A stretch of DNA of 56,233 nt. Origin: Thermodesulfovibrionales bacterium. Its GTDB lineage: Bacteria > Nitrospirota > Thermodesulfovibrionia > Thermodesulfovibrionales > UBA9159. The notes below the pieces were generated by a model. It saw only the letters and a program-made list of their open reading frames with translations. It made no database searches and had not been told where the DNA came from. Below, in pieces: positions 44,405-54,012 of the stretch (its first letter is position 1; every line of letters begins with the position of its first letter). The stretch covers positions 1-56,233 of the forward strand of contig CAKKPH010000085.1 of assembly GCA_919901585.1 (NCBI GenBank), written 5' to 3'. The translations under genes were made by a program, and so were the position numbers.

Positions 44405-46094
44405 TCACTTCCTCCGTTTTATTGTTCGCTGTGTTTGGAGAAATAGGAAGCTCAATCCTCAGTTCCGTCCCTCTGCCTATTTCGCTCAAGCCATAAACCT
44501 GCCCTCCATGCTGCCTTATTATCTGCTGGACGATAGAAAGTCCGAGCCCTGACCCTTTCGCCTTTGTGGAATAAAACGGCTGAAAAGCCCTCGCAAGTGT
44601 TTCGTTAGCCATCCCAGAACCCGTATCTGTTATAACAATGGTTACTGAGTCATGCTGTTTGTAAGGCTCTACCTTTGCGACATAAAGGGCAGTCACCTTA
44701 AGGGTTCCTCCCATAGGCATTGACTGTATCGAATTAATTAATACGTTCCAAAAAACCTGTTTTACAGCACCCCTGTCCGCAAATATGTCAGGCATTCCCC
44801 TGTCGTAAGACCGCTGAACCGTAATAGCCGGGTTATTCATTCCATCGCTTGTGAGCAAAGACAATGTCTCGTCTATAAGACTGCAAAGGTTTATATATGA
44901 TCTGTTCAGGTCAGGAGGCTTCGCAAAGCGCAGAAAATCAGAAATAATGGTATTGAGTCTGTTAACCTCCTGTTCGATAATATCAAGCAGTTCCGTATCC
45001 TCACCGGCAAGCCTTGTATGACGCTTGAATATGCCGACCGAGTTCTTTATTGCGCCGAGAGGGTTCCTTATCTCATGCGCTATAGTGGCTGCCAGTTTTC
45101 CTACAGATGCGAGCTTTTCGGATTCGAGGAGCTCGCTCTGGGTGTTCTTGAGGTTCTCATATGCCATTCTGAGTTGTCCGACGATATCCGTCAGTTTCTT
45201 TCTTGAGGACTGCAGCTCGTCAAACGACTTGGTAAATCCATGGGCTAACCCTATTATAAGACCGGAAAATATGACCAGCTTAATCACATGCCAATACCAC
45301 CAACTGGGGTCCCATAACCGGGAGAGTGAAAAAAGCACCTCGCTTTCAAAAAAAAGAAAGGACGACAAGGCAAAGATATGAAAAAGGATGTCATTGGTCC
45401 GGTTGAAATACTTTAAGAAAAAATAGCCCGCAAGCAGGAAAAAAACGGAAGAAAGGACATTGAATACTATGGTCGAGGAGGTGAATTCACCTCTTATGGG
45501 AAAAGTTACCGGCGTGTGATGAGAAGCGCTTATTTCAATAACATTAGGGAGTGGAGAAGGATATTTTGAGAGCAATAATGCAAAAGCGAAAATTGCTGTA
45601 ATCCCGGTTATTAGCATCATCTGTCTGATATAGGGAGAATCTTTATTGTCCCTGGCTACAGACAATGAGCTCAGGAAAAAAAATAAGCCACCGCCAAAGG
45701 CACTTAGTGAATGAAACCAGACAAAAAGGTTGGTGCAGTGATTGGAATAGGCATGGAACATGTCAAAGACCCCCATCGAGACGAAACCGAGGAAAAGGTA
45801 AAAATTGCACCTCTTGCCGGATGAACGGTATTCCCTGTAAATCACATAGGCTATTATAATTGAGATTATTCCACAGTAAGACTCAAAGAGGGAGTGTGTA
45901 AACGTGTCTGTCCAGAATACATTATTACGGCTAAACAACTTGCTCGCAGCAGACATCAAAAATATGACAATGATCAGAGCCCCAGAAAGCAGATAAAATC
46001 TGTTTTTGAGATGAGCGGCCTCGTTACTGGAAGGGTCGATCCGGTAGACTATATTGTCAAAAAGGGCTTTCTCCTCATTTTCCCGGACTTCCAT
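44379..46094 (-). CDS. Sensor histidine kinase with a multi-pass membrane N-terminal sensor domain
   Basis: 571 aa with about 7 TM helices. It has a coiled coil, the H-box AHEIRNPLGAI, and the HATPase motifs DTGSGM and GSGLGLSIV. It overlaps the regulator gene by 26 nt. Confidence 0.9.
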   Translation of the reverse strand: MEVRENEEKALFDNIVYRIDPSSNEAAHLKNRFYLLSGALIIVIFLMSAASKLFSRNNVFWTDTFTHSLFESYCGIISIIIAYVIYREYRSSGKRCNFYLFLGFVSMGVFDMFHAYSNHCTNLFVWFHSLSAFGGGLFFFLSSLSVARDNKDSPYIRQMMLITGITAIFAFALLLSKYPSPLPNVIEISASHHTPVTFPIRGEFTSSTIVFNVLSSVFFLLAGYFFLKYFNRTNDILFHIFALSSFLFFESEVLFSLSRLWDPSWWYWHVIKLVIFSGLIIGLAHGFTKSFDELQSSRKKLTDIVGQLRMAYENLKNTQSELLESEKLASVGKLAATIAHEIRNPLGAIKNSVGIFKRHTRLAGEDTELLDIIEQEVNRLNTIISDFLRFAKPPDLNRSYINLCSLIDETLSLLTSDGMNNPAITVQRSYDRGMPDIFADRGAVKQVFWNVLINSIQSMPMGGTLKVTALYVAKVEPYKQHDSVTIVITDTGSGMANETLARAFQPFYSTKAKGSGLGLSIVQQIIRQHGGQVYGLSEIGRGTELRIELPISPNTANNKTEEVNVVNTNSR

Positions 46095-46164
46095 TTATAC
46101 CTCTATCTAATAGCACTTAGTCTTGAGGGGTATAGGTGAAAACATGCAAAGCCTTATCGGTCAT

Positions 46165-46241
46165 TGGTCGGGGCGGCGAGATTTGAACTCACGGCCACTC
46201 GCACCCCAAGCGAGTGCGCTACCAGGCTGCGCTACGCCCCG
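46165..46241 (-). tRNA. tRNA-Pro (anticodon GGG), CCA encoded
   Basis: The reverse complement is CGGGGCGTAGCGCAGCCTGGTAGCGCACTCGCTTGGGGTGCGAGTGGCCGTGAGTTCAAATCTCGCCGCCCCGACCA. It folds by hand into a cloverleaf with a 7-bp acceptor, D-stem GCGC/GCGC, anticodon stem CTCGC/GCGAG with loop TTGGGGT, and T-arm GTGAG-TTCAAAT-CTCGC. Confidence 0.92.
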
Positions 46242-46242
46242 A

Positions 46243-46617
46243 TTACCGCATCTGGCTCAGTATGCTCCTGAGCCTCATTTTGACCTTCTCTACAATCTCT
46301 CTGGAAGATGGCGCTACATGAGCGGCTTGCCTTGCAGGCCTGTTGTCCCCGAACCTCTTTCTGACGCCTTCTATAGTATATCTTTCTTCATACAGGAGTC
46401 TCTTTATCTGGAGCACCATATCGAGGTCTTTCCTTGCATATACCCTCTGTCCGGACCTGTTCTTGCGCGGCTCAAGAAAGGAAAACTCGGTCTCCCAGTA
46501 CCTCAGCACATAAGGTTCAACTCCCGCAATCCTGCTGACCTCACCGATCTTGTAAAAGAGTTTCTCAGGGAAAAAATTCTGAGTCTTTACAATATGCTCA
46601 GCATGAGATCTATGCAT
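46243..46617 (-). CDS. MerR-family transcriptional regulator (the ihfA-linked type)
   Basis: 124 aa with the HTH YKIGEVSRIAGVEPYVLRYWETEF. It lies downstream of ihfA and upstream of tRNA-Pro, as in many Proteobacteria. Confidence 0.85.
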   Translation of the reverse strand: MHRSHAEHIVKTQNFFPEKLFYKIGEVSRIAGVEPYVLRYWETEFSFLEPRKNRSGQRVYARKDLDMVLQIKRLLYEERYTIEGVRKRFGDNRPARQAAHVAPSSREIVEKVKMRLRSILSQMR

Positions 46618-46894
46618 CTATTTTTTCAATTGCTTTTTCGAGCTTGTTGCTCGCCTTGAATTTAATGACCCTGCGAGGGGTTATTTTGAGGTCTTCGCCT
46701 GTCTTGGGGTTTCTCCCGCGCCTTTCGTTCTTTTTCTTCACGTCAAAGGTACCGAACCCCGAGATCTTTACTGATTCTCCCTCGGCAAGGGTCTGCCTGA
46801 CAGTATCAAAGATCAGCTCGATTATATTCTGCGATTCGATCTTCGAGAGCCCTATCTTTCCGAATACCGTATCTACCAGATCAGCCTTGGTCAT
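46610..46894 (-). CDS. ihfA: Integration host factor subunit alpha (HU/IHF family)
   Basis: 94 aa starting MTKADLVDTV..., containing GFGTFDVKKKNERRGRNPKTGEDLKITPRRVIKFKAS. Confidence 0.9.
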   Translation of the reverse strand: MTKADLVDTVFGKIGLSKIESQNIIELIFDTVRQTLAEGESVKISGFGTFDVKKKNERRGRNPKTGEDLKITPRRVIKFKASNKLEKAIEKIDA

Positions 46895-46999
46895 ATTAAC
46901 CTCACTATTTATTTAATATTATGATAATATTTAATAGGCATATGCTCTAATTTTTTAATTATATTAGTAAGATATGCCGTTGTCAAGGAAAAACAATTG

Positions 47000-47029
47000 T
47001 TGACACCCTTTAATTTTTTCTGGTATCTT
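47000..47029 (+). promoter_or_regulatory. Candidate sigma-70 promoter TTGACA-N18-TATCTT
   Basis: TTGACA lies at 47000-47005 and TATCTT at 47024-47029, just upstream of the ATG at 47036. The leader would be very short. This is a motif match only. Confidence 0.3.
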
Positions 47030-47035
47030 GAATAG

Positions 47036-47821
47036 ATGAAAAAAACCCTTCTCTTCCTTCTTTTTGTTTCATTGATAAGCACTGGGCCTTCCTATGCTTT
47101 TGACATAAAAGGGCTTCAGCCGTTGGCGCCGTATGGTGTCTATTCAACCTTCAGCGCTGAGAGCCTTAAGGAGAAGACCTTAGGTATCGCTATAGGGATA
47201 GAGCGTTCAAACCAGCCCGATTACAACAGGTTCACTGCCCAGTTTGCTTATGGCATAAAGGACAATATCGAGATCGACCTTACAATCCCATATATCACAG
47301 GCTGGAATGACTCTGCCGACAATGTTGAGGACATCTCTCTCGGTCTCAAGCACAGGTTTTTTGATGAAGGCAGCTATGGCCCTGCCCTCGCATATATCCT
47401 GAATATCTCATTTCCGACAGGTAAAAAGGACCTTACGACTGAAGGGAGCTTCGGAGGAGGTTTGATAATAAGCAAGAAGATCGGGCCTGTGTATGGACAT
47501 GTAAACATACTCTATTCAAGACCCGGCACAAACAGGTTTAAGGATGATGTGACCTTTGCCGCAGGCATTGATTTCTCTGCATCAAATAACTTTAAAATCC
47601 TGAGTGAGCTTTACGGCAAAAAAGGCTATTCAGGGAGACTCGACAAGCTCGAATGGCGCTTCGGATACAGGCTCCAGACGACTGAGAGCATCTATACAAC
47701 AGTAGGCGCCGGCATAGACATTAAAAACAGCAGTCCTGAATACAGGCTGATGCTTTCACTCACGTATCTGTTCAAGCGTGAGGCTGAAAATATAAAAAGG
47801 ATATATGAACGGGAGGATTGA
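47036..47821 (+). CDS. Predicted outer-membrane beta-barrel protein (possibly MetA-pathway/transporter-like family)
   Basis: 261 aa with a signal peptide (SYA|FD), alternating beta-strand pattern and the terminal strand ...LMLSLTYLF. The family call is tentative. Confidence 0.5.
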   Translation: MKKTLLFLLFVSLISTGPSYAFDIKGLQPLAPYGVYSTFSAESLKEKTLGIAIGIERSNQPDYNRFTAQFAYGIKDNIEIDLTIPYITGWNDSADNVEDISLGLKHRFFDEGSYGPALAYILNISFPTGKKDLTTEGSFGGGLIISKKIGPVYGHVNILYSRPGTNRFKDDVTFAAGIDFSASNNFKILSELYGKKGYSGRLDKLEWRFGYRLQTTESIYTTVGAGIDIKNSSPEYRLMLSLTYLFKREAENIKRIYERED

Positions 47822-48123
47822 TGTTTGATCTCGGCATTCAGGAGCTTATCGTCATATTCATAGTCGCCCTTATCGTCTTCGGCCCGAAGAGACTCCCTGA
47901 ACTCGGCAGGACCATAGGCAAAGGCATGTCAGAGTTAAAGAGAGCCATGAACGGCGTCAGAGACCAGATGCAGTCTGAGTTTGAATCTGTAAACAAAACC
48001 GCTGAACTGAAATATCCTCCTGAGCATACAGAGGCAGAAAGTGGAAAAAGTGAAACCAGCCCTGAACAGGACAATAATCAGGGCAAAGAGGAGAGAAAGG
48101 AAGACAAGGCAGATGGCCGATAA
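47818..48123 (+). CDS. tatA: Twin-arginine translocase TatA/TatB-family protein
   Basis: 101 aa starting [36 protein letters not shown]. An amphipathic helix and an acidic tail follow. Confidence 0.9.
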   Translation: MMFDLGIQELIVIFIVALIVFGPKRLPELGRTIGKGMSELKRAMNGVRDQMQSEFESVNKTAELKYPPEHTEAESGKSETSPEQDNNQGKEERKEDKADGR

Positions 48124-48892
48124 CAAGTTGCCTATCACAGATCACCTCTCAGACCTAAGGAAAAGGATTACAAATTCACTTATTGCCCTCCTCGGAGGCT
48201 TTCTCGTAACCTTCAGTTTCTCTGAAAATATATTTAAGGTCCTTACCCTGCCCATGAGGACAGAGATAACCTTCAGCATGATATCCCCTTTCGTGCAGCT
48301 TGTGCCCTCAAAGGCCCATAACACAAGCCTTGTATTCCTCGCTCCTGCAGAGGCATTCTGGATGCACATGAAGGTCGCGCTTGTGGCAGCAATAATGCTC
48401 ACATTCCCGGTTATTCTTTACCAGTTGTGGAAATTCATCTCTCCGGGCCTGCTTCCGAAGGAGAAGAAATATATTGTACCGTTTATAGTCTTTGCGTCAT
48501 TCCTTTTTTTTGCCGGCATAGCGTTCTGCTTTTTTATTGTACTTCCCTTTGCAATGGGCTTCCTCCTGACGTATAAGACAGAATCAATGACCCCCATGCT
48601 CTCTGTTGGCAATTATGTTGACTTCTGCCTTAAATTCATCCTTGCCTTTGGCGCTGTTTTTGAGCTTCCTATAGTCATTGTATTCCTGACAAGGATGGGG
48701 ATAGTGACTCCCAATACCCTCGCAAAGAACCGGAAATATGCGATCTTAGTTGCATTCATGCTGGCTGCTTTGCTCACGCCGACGCCTGATGCATTCAACC
48801 AGATACTCATGGCCATACCTATCTATGTCCTTTATGAGACAGGCATATTCGTATCAAGGTTCTTTGTAAGAAAGAGGGAGGAAGATGCCTAA
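48113..48892 (+). CDS. tatC: Twin-arginine translocase subunit TatC
   Basis: The start [19 protein letters not shown] is canonical for TatC, and there are 6 TM helices. The ATG at 48113 overlaps the end of tatA. Confidence 0.92.
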   Translation: MADNKLPITDHLSDLRKRITNSLIALLGGFLVTFSFSENIFKVLTLPMRTEITFSMISPFVQLVPSKAHNTSLVFLAPAEAFWMHMKVALVAAIMLTFPVILYQLWKFISPGLLPKEKKYIVPFIVFASFLFFAGIAFCFFIVLPFAMGFLLTYKTESMTPMLSVGNYVDFCLKFILAFGAVFELPIVIVFLTRMGIVTPNTLAKNRKYAILVAFMLAALLTPTPDAFNQILMAIPIYVLYETGIFVSRFFVRKREEDA

Positions 48893-49163
48893 TATCAAGG
48901 GCAAAGGGCTCAAGGCAATAGCCAACGATGTGGCCGAAGGCTATGTAACCGTGAACCCGATCTTTCTTAAGCCTTTTGAACAGGAGACAATAAAATCTTT
49001 TTTTCATGAGATAATGAAGTCACAGGCGACTATAAGAAGCGAGAGGTTCCCCCACAATAACGTAATGCTCATAAGGTCACGGAACATGCGGCTACAGAGG
49101 CTTCACACTGCTGTAATGATAATCAAGACCTATGCGAGGGAACGTAGGATCCAAATCCTCTGA
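48885..49163 (+). CDS. Small hypothetical protein (92 aa)
   Basis: ORF overlapping the tatC stop by 8 nt. I recognise no domain. Confidence 0.35.
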   Translation: MPNIKGKGLKAIANDVAEGYVTVNPIFLKPFEQETIKSFFHEIMKSQATIRSERFPHNNVMLIRSRNMRLQRLHTAVMIIKTYARERRIQIL

Positions 49164-49187
49164 TACTGTTAAATTCCCAAATGAGAC

Positions 49188-50840
49188 ATGAACACATTCG
49201 AAGAAACAGCAATTGTCAAAGAGATAATCCAGACCCTCATAAAGGCAAAGAAGACCATCAGGACATATCCTGAAAACAACCCTGTATATTCAAAGATAAT
49301 AGCTACGACCTTCTCAAAATTTTCGGTCTTCTTCATCTCTAACGAAGAGCTTGTCCTGAAGATTAAGCTCAACGAGATCCTCTTTGGATCAGAACGGGTC
49401 TATTTTAATCAGGAAAAAGAGGACAACCTCGCCATGTTTTTCTTCAAGGACGGCATCAGGGAGCTGCAGTTCAGGAACGGGCTCACCCCGCAAGAACTCG
49501 AAGAGTTTCTGAAGATCATAACTCTGGATTTCGAGAGGGAGGCTGTTGATGACGATATCGTAACCCTGCTCTGGGAAAAGGACTTTCAGGACATAAAATA
49601 CGTCGCAGATGAGAATTTCCTTGTCGAAGATGAGGAATACGGACTCAAGGCTGAAAATGAAATAAAGGGCAAGTCGCCTGCAAGCCATGAATTCCAGAGG
49701 GCCTATACAGATGCGTTCAAGGCAGAAGATCTGGGTGAAGTCGCAGTAATAAACCTTACGGAAGAGGACCTTGCGAGGCTTGCAGGCGAGATAAACGAAG
49801 ACAATGCCGAAGACAAGCTCGAAAAATTATCCGGCCTGTTGTTTGACATACTATTCATCGCTGAACGTCCTTCAGATTATGAAGACTTGGTTAATTTTAT
49901 TAAAGAGGCGATGCAATACGCCGCAAGAAGCGGTGACTTAAGGACATTCACCTATATCCTGAGAAGGTTGAGAAAGTACTCTGGTGATGCCGGCATTAAT
50001 GAAACTTACAGGAAGCATTTCAGCTCACTTATCAGTCTCGCAAGCTCTGAGGAGTCAATAAAACATATAAGCGGGATATTCGATTCGGAGATTGAAACCG
50101 ATGATTCCTTTCTCAACGAATACACAGAATTTCTCGACAGGAATGCTGTCTCTCCGCTTATCTCAGCCCTTGGTGAGATGAAGACTATAAAGGGGCGAAG
50201 AAAGGTCATAAGCATACTTGTTGATCTCGGCAAAAAGGACATCCAGACGCTTGTCAAAGGACTCAAGGATTCCCGGTGGTATGTAGTCAGAAACATCATA
50301 TACATACTGCGACATATCGGCGATAAGAAAGCGGTCGAATACCTTCTCAACTCTGCAAGGCATCCTGACGTAAGGGTCAGGAGAGAGGCGATAAGGACAC
50401 TCGGCGAGCTTAAGAGCATCCATACGCTCCAGGCGCTGAGGCACAGTCTCGATGACCCTGACCTCTCTGTAAGAAAGGCCTCTGTCGAAGCCTTATGCAG
50501 CATAGGCAGCGACACAGCCAAGCGCATAATACTCGCAAAGATATCCGAAAAGGACTTCGGAGAAAGGGATTTTGACGAAAAAAAGGCGTTCTACGAGGGC
50601 CTGTCAGCATGGGATGATCCTGATGTTTCAGAATTTATGATTAAGACTCTCGCCAGAACCTCGTTATTCAAAAAATCCCAGATGGATGAAGACAAGGCTT
50701 GTGCAGCGCACTGCCTGGGGCTGATGGGCAAAAAGGAGGCTATACCCTCAATCGAAAAACTCAAAGACTCGGGCAATAGGCTGCTCAACGACTACGCAAT
50801 AAACGCACTGAAAAGGCTCGAATATGACAGACAGAAATGA
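49188..50840 (+). CDS. HEAT-repeat (PBS-lyase-type) protein
   Basis: 550 aa. The C-terminal half has repeated HEAT-like units (SRWYVVRNIIYILRHIGDKKAVEYLL, HPDVRVRREAIRTLGELKS, DPDLSVRKASVEALCSIGS). Confidence 0.7.
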   Translation: MNTFEETAIVKEIIQTLIKAKKTIRTYPENNPVYSKIIATTFSKFSVFFISNEELVLKIKLNEILFGSERVYFNQEKEDNLAMFFFKDGIRELQFRNGLTPQELEEFLKIITLDFEREAVDDDIVTLLWEKDFQDIKYVADENFLVEDEEYGLKAENEIKGKSPASHEFQRAYTDAFKAEDLGEVAVINLTEEDLARLAGEINEDNAEDKLEKLSGLLFDILFIAERPSDYEDLVNFIKEAMQYAARSGDLRTFTYILRRLRKYSGDAGINETYRKHFSSLISLASSEESIKHISGIFDSEIETDDSFLNEYTEFLDRNAVSPLISALGEMKTIKGRRKVISILVDLGKKDIQTLVKGLKDSRWYVVRNIIYILRHIGDKKAVEYLLNSARHPDVRVRREAIRTLGELKSIHTLQALRHSLDDPDLSVRKASVEALCSIGSDTAKRIILAKISEKDFGERDFDEKKAFYEGLSAWDDPDVSEFMIKTLARTSLFKKSQMDEDKACAAHCLGLMGKKEAIPSIEKLKDSGNRLLNDYAINALKRLEYDRQK

Positions 50841-52233
50841 TATTGGAAAAACAGACGCCCCAAAGAATATTATAAATACCTTTGCCGTCATAATCAGGAA
50901 TGCCCAGATCCACGATCTTAACAACATCGCTGTAAAAAATGCGGTAGAAAAGTTCATGGCTATTCTGAATCCGATAACAGCAAAATACGGCATCCTGACC
51001 CTTGACCTCATCGGCGAGTTCTTTTTCATAAACCAGACAAGGATCAGATACTCAATGGAGTATCTCCTCAATTTTGACTTTCTCTTAAGGGAATTCAAGA
51101 AACGCAAGCTCGGCAGCATAGCCTTCAACAACACCCTGACAACTCATGACCTCCAGACATTCCTGAGTCTCTTCATATCTTCTGCGTTCTCTGAGGAGCC
51201 TTTTGAGGCATTGTCAGAAGGCACCCGCCATATAGTTTCAATCGAGGTCGGGCCTCCTAAAACATTACGCGACAGGGAAGAAGGCGAATATGACATTAGG
51301 AAAACAGTCAAGGAGACCTATTTCAATGCCGTCTCATTCACCAAAGGTGTGATGAACAGGATAAAATCAGGCGAAAAGGAGAGTATAAAAAAAGCAAAAA
51401 GGATTGTGGAGTCGATTGTCGACATAATGCTCGAACAGGACGAATTGCTGATCGGCATGACCGCAATCAAAGACTATGACGAATACACTTATCACCATTC
51501 CGTCAATGTGAGTATCCTTTCTGTCACACTCGGCCACAGGCTCGGACTCGGCAAGAAAGCGCTCACAGAGCTTGGACTTGTCGCTCTGTTCCATGACATT
51601 GGCAAGCTTGAGGTGCCGCAGGAGATCCTCAACAAGCCGACAAATTTCAATGAGGATGAATGGAAGATCATAAAAAAACACCCTATATGGAGCCTAAGGG
51701 CGATCCTTAAGCTGAAAGGCATAGACAGCCTCTCAATAAGGGCTGCGATCGTTGCCTTCGAACACCACCTCAACTATGACATCACAGGTTATCCAAAGCT
51801 TTCGAGGCTCGTCAAAACCGACCTTTATACGAGGGTTGTCTCGATAGCAGACCAGTATGACGGGATGACCTCATCAAGGGTGTATGCAAGGATAGCCATG
51901 GCACCTGACAAGGCACTCAGTGTTATGACAGAGAGGGCCGGCACGCAGATCGACCCCCTCCTTTTCAAATTCTTTGTAAATATGATAGGGGTCTTCCCTA
52001 TAGGCAGTCTCGTCCTGCTCGACACAAAAGAGCTCGGCCTTGTTTACGGAAACAACACAGCATTTCCTGACAGGCCGCGGGTCATGATAGTCACCGACAG
52101 CAACGGCAACAGGATTGAAGGCCATGCTGCTGACCTCTCTGAGAAGGACGGCAGCGGAAGGTATCTGAGGAAAATCATTAAAACAATAGACCCCAACAAA
52201 TACAGTATAAACCTCGCAGACTATCTCCTCTGA
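50824..52233 (+). CDS. HD-GYP domain protein (putative c-di-GMP phosphodiesterase)
   Basis: 469 aa with the HD motif HHSVNVS...LFHDIGK and HHLNYDITGYP (HD-GYP). It overlaps the HEAT-repeat gene by 17 nt. Confidence 0.85.
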   Translation: MTDRNDIGKTDAPKNIINTFAVIIRNAQIHDLNNIAVKNAVEKFMAILNPITAKYGILTLDLIGEFFFINQTRIRYSMEYLLNFDFLLREFKKRKLGSIAFNNTLTTHDLQTFLSLFISSAFSEEPFEALSEGTRHIVSIEVGPPKTLRDREEGEYDIRKTVKETYFNAVSFTKGVMNRIKSGEKESIKKAKRIVESIVDIMLEQDELLIGMTAIKDYDEYTYHHSVNVSILSVTLGHRLGLGKKALTELGLVALFHDIGKLEVPQEILNKPTNFNEDEWKIIKKHPIWSLRAILKLKGIDSLSIRAAIVAFEHHLNYDITGYPKLSRLVKTDLYTRVVSIADQYDGMTSSRVYARIAMAPDKALSVMTERAGTQIDPLLFKFFVNMIGVFPIGSLVLLDTKELGLVYGNNTAFPDRPRVMIVTDSNGNRIEGHAADLSEKDGSGRYLRKIIKTIDPNKYSINLADYLL

Positions 52234-52316
52234 ATATTGAGGGCGGACAGATGTAAAGATACGGAGATGGGAGACACGCTCAGGCCATCCCCGTATCCAT
52301 CAGCCAAAAAAGACGA

Positions 52317-53117
52317 TTAGTGCTTGAAGTATTCCTTTGGTGTATTATCAATAATATACTTGGCTGCCTCATACAGGCATGTCCTGATAGCCTTCTCCAT
52401 TGGAGTCTTGGCATAAGTGCCAAGGCCTCCTGCAAGCCCGACATCTCCGACTATGCCGCCGGCAAGAAACCCGAGGCTCACATCTGTAGCCTCACCCTCG
52501 ACCCTCGTTGCAGCAAGGACCTCTGAGGTGGCAGTGTCGATTATCCTGATATCCATAGCCATGGTTGATTTCTTTACAGAGACGCCTATACCGCCGAGAA
52601 AACCTCTTGTGCCGAACCCGATTCCACCTCCGGTGCCTGAAGAGCCCGGGTCCCAGCCTGTAATAGCACCCACCACCAGAATCTCGGCACCCTTGATCTT
52701 GCCTTTTTTAACAGCAGTCTTTTTCTCTGCATATCCCTGCTGACCGAGCGCTATCTCATCCTGTATCGATCCAAGCTCCTGTCTTTCAAGGACCCTGTAT
52801 TTCTTGCTCTGGACAAGGACCGTTGTGAGCATATCCCTCAATCCTGATGTATATCCAGACTGCTCATGTGTCACAGTAATAGGCCTATCCCCTACACCTC
52901 TGATTGTTGTTGTAGAACCTGCACCGCCAACCTTCCAGTCAAACTTTGCTACTGCCACGGCTGCCTTCGGCCCTGAATAAGGCGGGAACTGTGTCTCGAC
53001 TCCCTGATCCACCCTTGCCTTGGGCTGCGCCGTGCTCTCGACACAACCGCTTGCAAACAGCATAAGGCTGATAAGCACGGCTAATGAAAAAAATCTGGCT
53101 ATTGATACCATATACAC
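52317..53117 (-). CDS. CsgG-family (curli production/transport component-like) lipoprotein
   Basis: 266 aa with the lipobox LFASGC. The CsgG-like core is GLRDMLTTVLVQSKKYRVLERQELGSIQDEIALGQQGY. Confidence 0.65.
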   Translation of the reverse strand: MYMVSIARFFSLAVLISLMLFASGCVESTAQPKARVDQGVETQFPPYSGPKAAVAVAKFDWKVGGAGSTTTIRGVGDRPITVTHEQSGYTSGLRDMLTTVLVQSKKYRVLERQELGSIQDEIALGQQGYAEKKTAVKKGKIKGAEILVVGAITGWDPGSSGTGGGIGFGTRGFLGGIGVSVKKSTMAMDIRIIDTATSEVLAATRVEGEATDVSLGFLAGGIVGDVGLAGGLGTYAKTPMEKAIRTCLYEAAKYIIDNTPKEYFKH

Positions 53118-53260
53118 CCCCTTACGTTCTTATGTTTAATCATATCAAAAACCATCAACATTTTGAAGTATAACATTATGGCTCTTTAAAATTGTATTAG
53201 AGCTGGATTAATGCTCTGTAAAATGATACAATATTGTCAGATGAGAAAGGGAGAGTCATA

Positions 53261-53974
53261 TTGAAGAACACGGACTTATTAATGGTTCCTTATTTCAGGG
53301 ACCTCAATGAAGAGTGTCTTAAATTAATAGAAAACAACTCCACTCTAAAATCCTTTCCTAAGGGCTCATACGTATTCCATGCTGATGACAAATGCACACA
53401 TCTCTACATAGTCAAGAGCGGCCTTATCAGGATCTATATCAACGGCGAAGACGGCAGGGAGATAACAATTCACTATGTTGACGATGGAAAGTTTATGGGT
53501 GACACCATACTCTTCAATGAGGAGCGCTATGGTGCAAATGCATCTGCAATTGAAGACACAGAGCTTATTGTCATTGAGAACCGGTCGCTCGAAAAGATAA
53601 TCCACCAGTACCCGGAGATAGGCATCAGGATGCTTGCAGACTTCGGCCATAGGCTCAAGCGCATGATGTCGCTCATGGGCGAGATGGCCCTGAGCGACGT
53701 AAGAAAAAGGCTCCTCAGGCTGCTCTCTGAACTCGCAAAAGAACACGGGGCTAACAAGAACGGCAAGATAATCCTCGACAAGGTGACTACTCAGGAAGAG
53801 ATGGCATGGAGAATAGGCACCACAAGAGAGGTCTTATGCCGGGAACTCCACAGGCTCGAAAAAGAAGGGGTGCTCACTGCTGACAGGGGGAAGATCGTCA
53901 TTAATGATATAACTACGCTCAAAGGCAAGGTCCCTGTCCATGATGACCCTATCTTCCCTATGAAGCGATATTAA
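53261..53974 (+). CDS. Crp/Fnr-family transcriptional regulator
   Basis: It has a cNMP-binding beta-barrel (FPKGSYVFHADDKCTHLYIVKSGLIRIY) and a C-terminal HTH (QEEMAWRIGTTREVLCRELHRLEKEG). The TTG at 53261 has the SD AAGGGAGAG 5 nt upstream. An alternative TTG lies at 53234. Confidence 0.85.
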   Translation: MKNTDLLMVPYFRDLNEECLKLIENNSTLKSFPKGSYVFHADDKCTHLYIVKSGLIRIYINGEDGREITIHYVDDGKFMGDTILFNEERYGANASAIEDTELIVIENRSLEKIIHQYPEIGIRMLADFGHRLKRMMSLMGEMALSDVRKRLLRLLSELAKEHGANKNGKIILDKVTTQEEMAWRIGTTREVLCRELHRLEKEGVLTADRGKIVINDITTLKGKVPVHDDPIFPMKRY

Positions 53975-54012
53975 TAACCTCATCTTTGTATGCGCCGCTG
54001 AATCTAAGGGCG

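Noticed and set aside
46123-46659. 178-aa + strand ORF covering the tRNA-Pro locus and the MerR gene
   Set aside because: It runs antisense through a well-folding tRNA and a MerR gene with a clear HTH, so it is spurious.
52270-52304. Hairpin ACGGAGATGG...CCATCCCCGT as a bidirectional terminator between the HD-GYP and CsgG-like genes
   Set aside because: The stem has a mismatch and there is no adjoining U-run on either strand. It is too weak to call.
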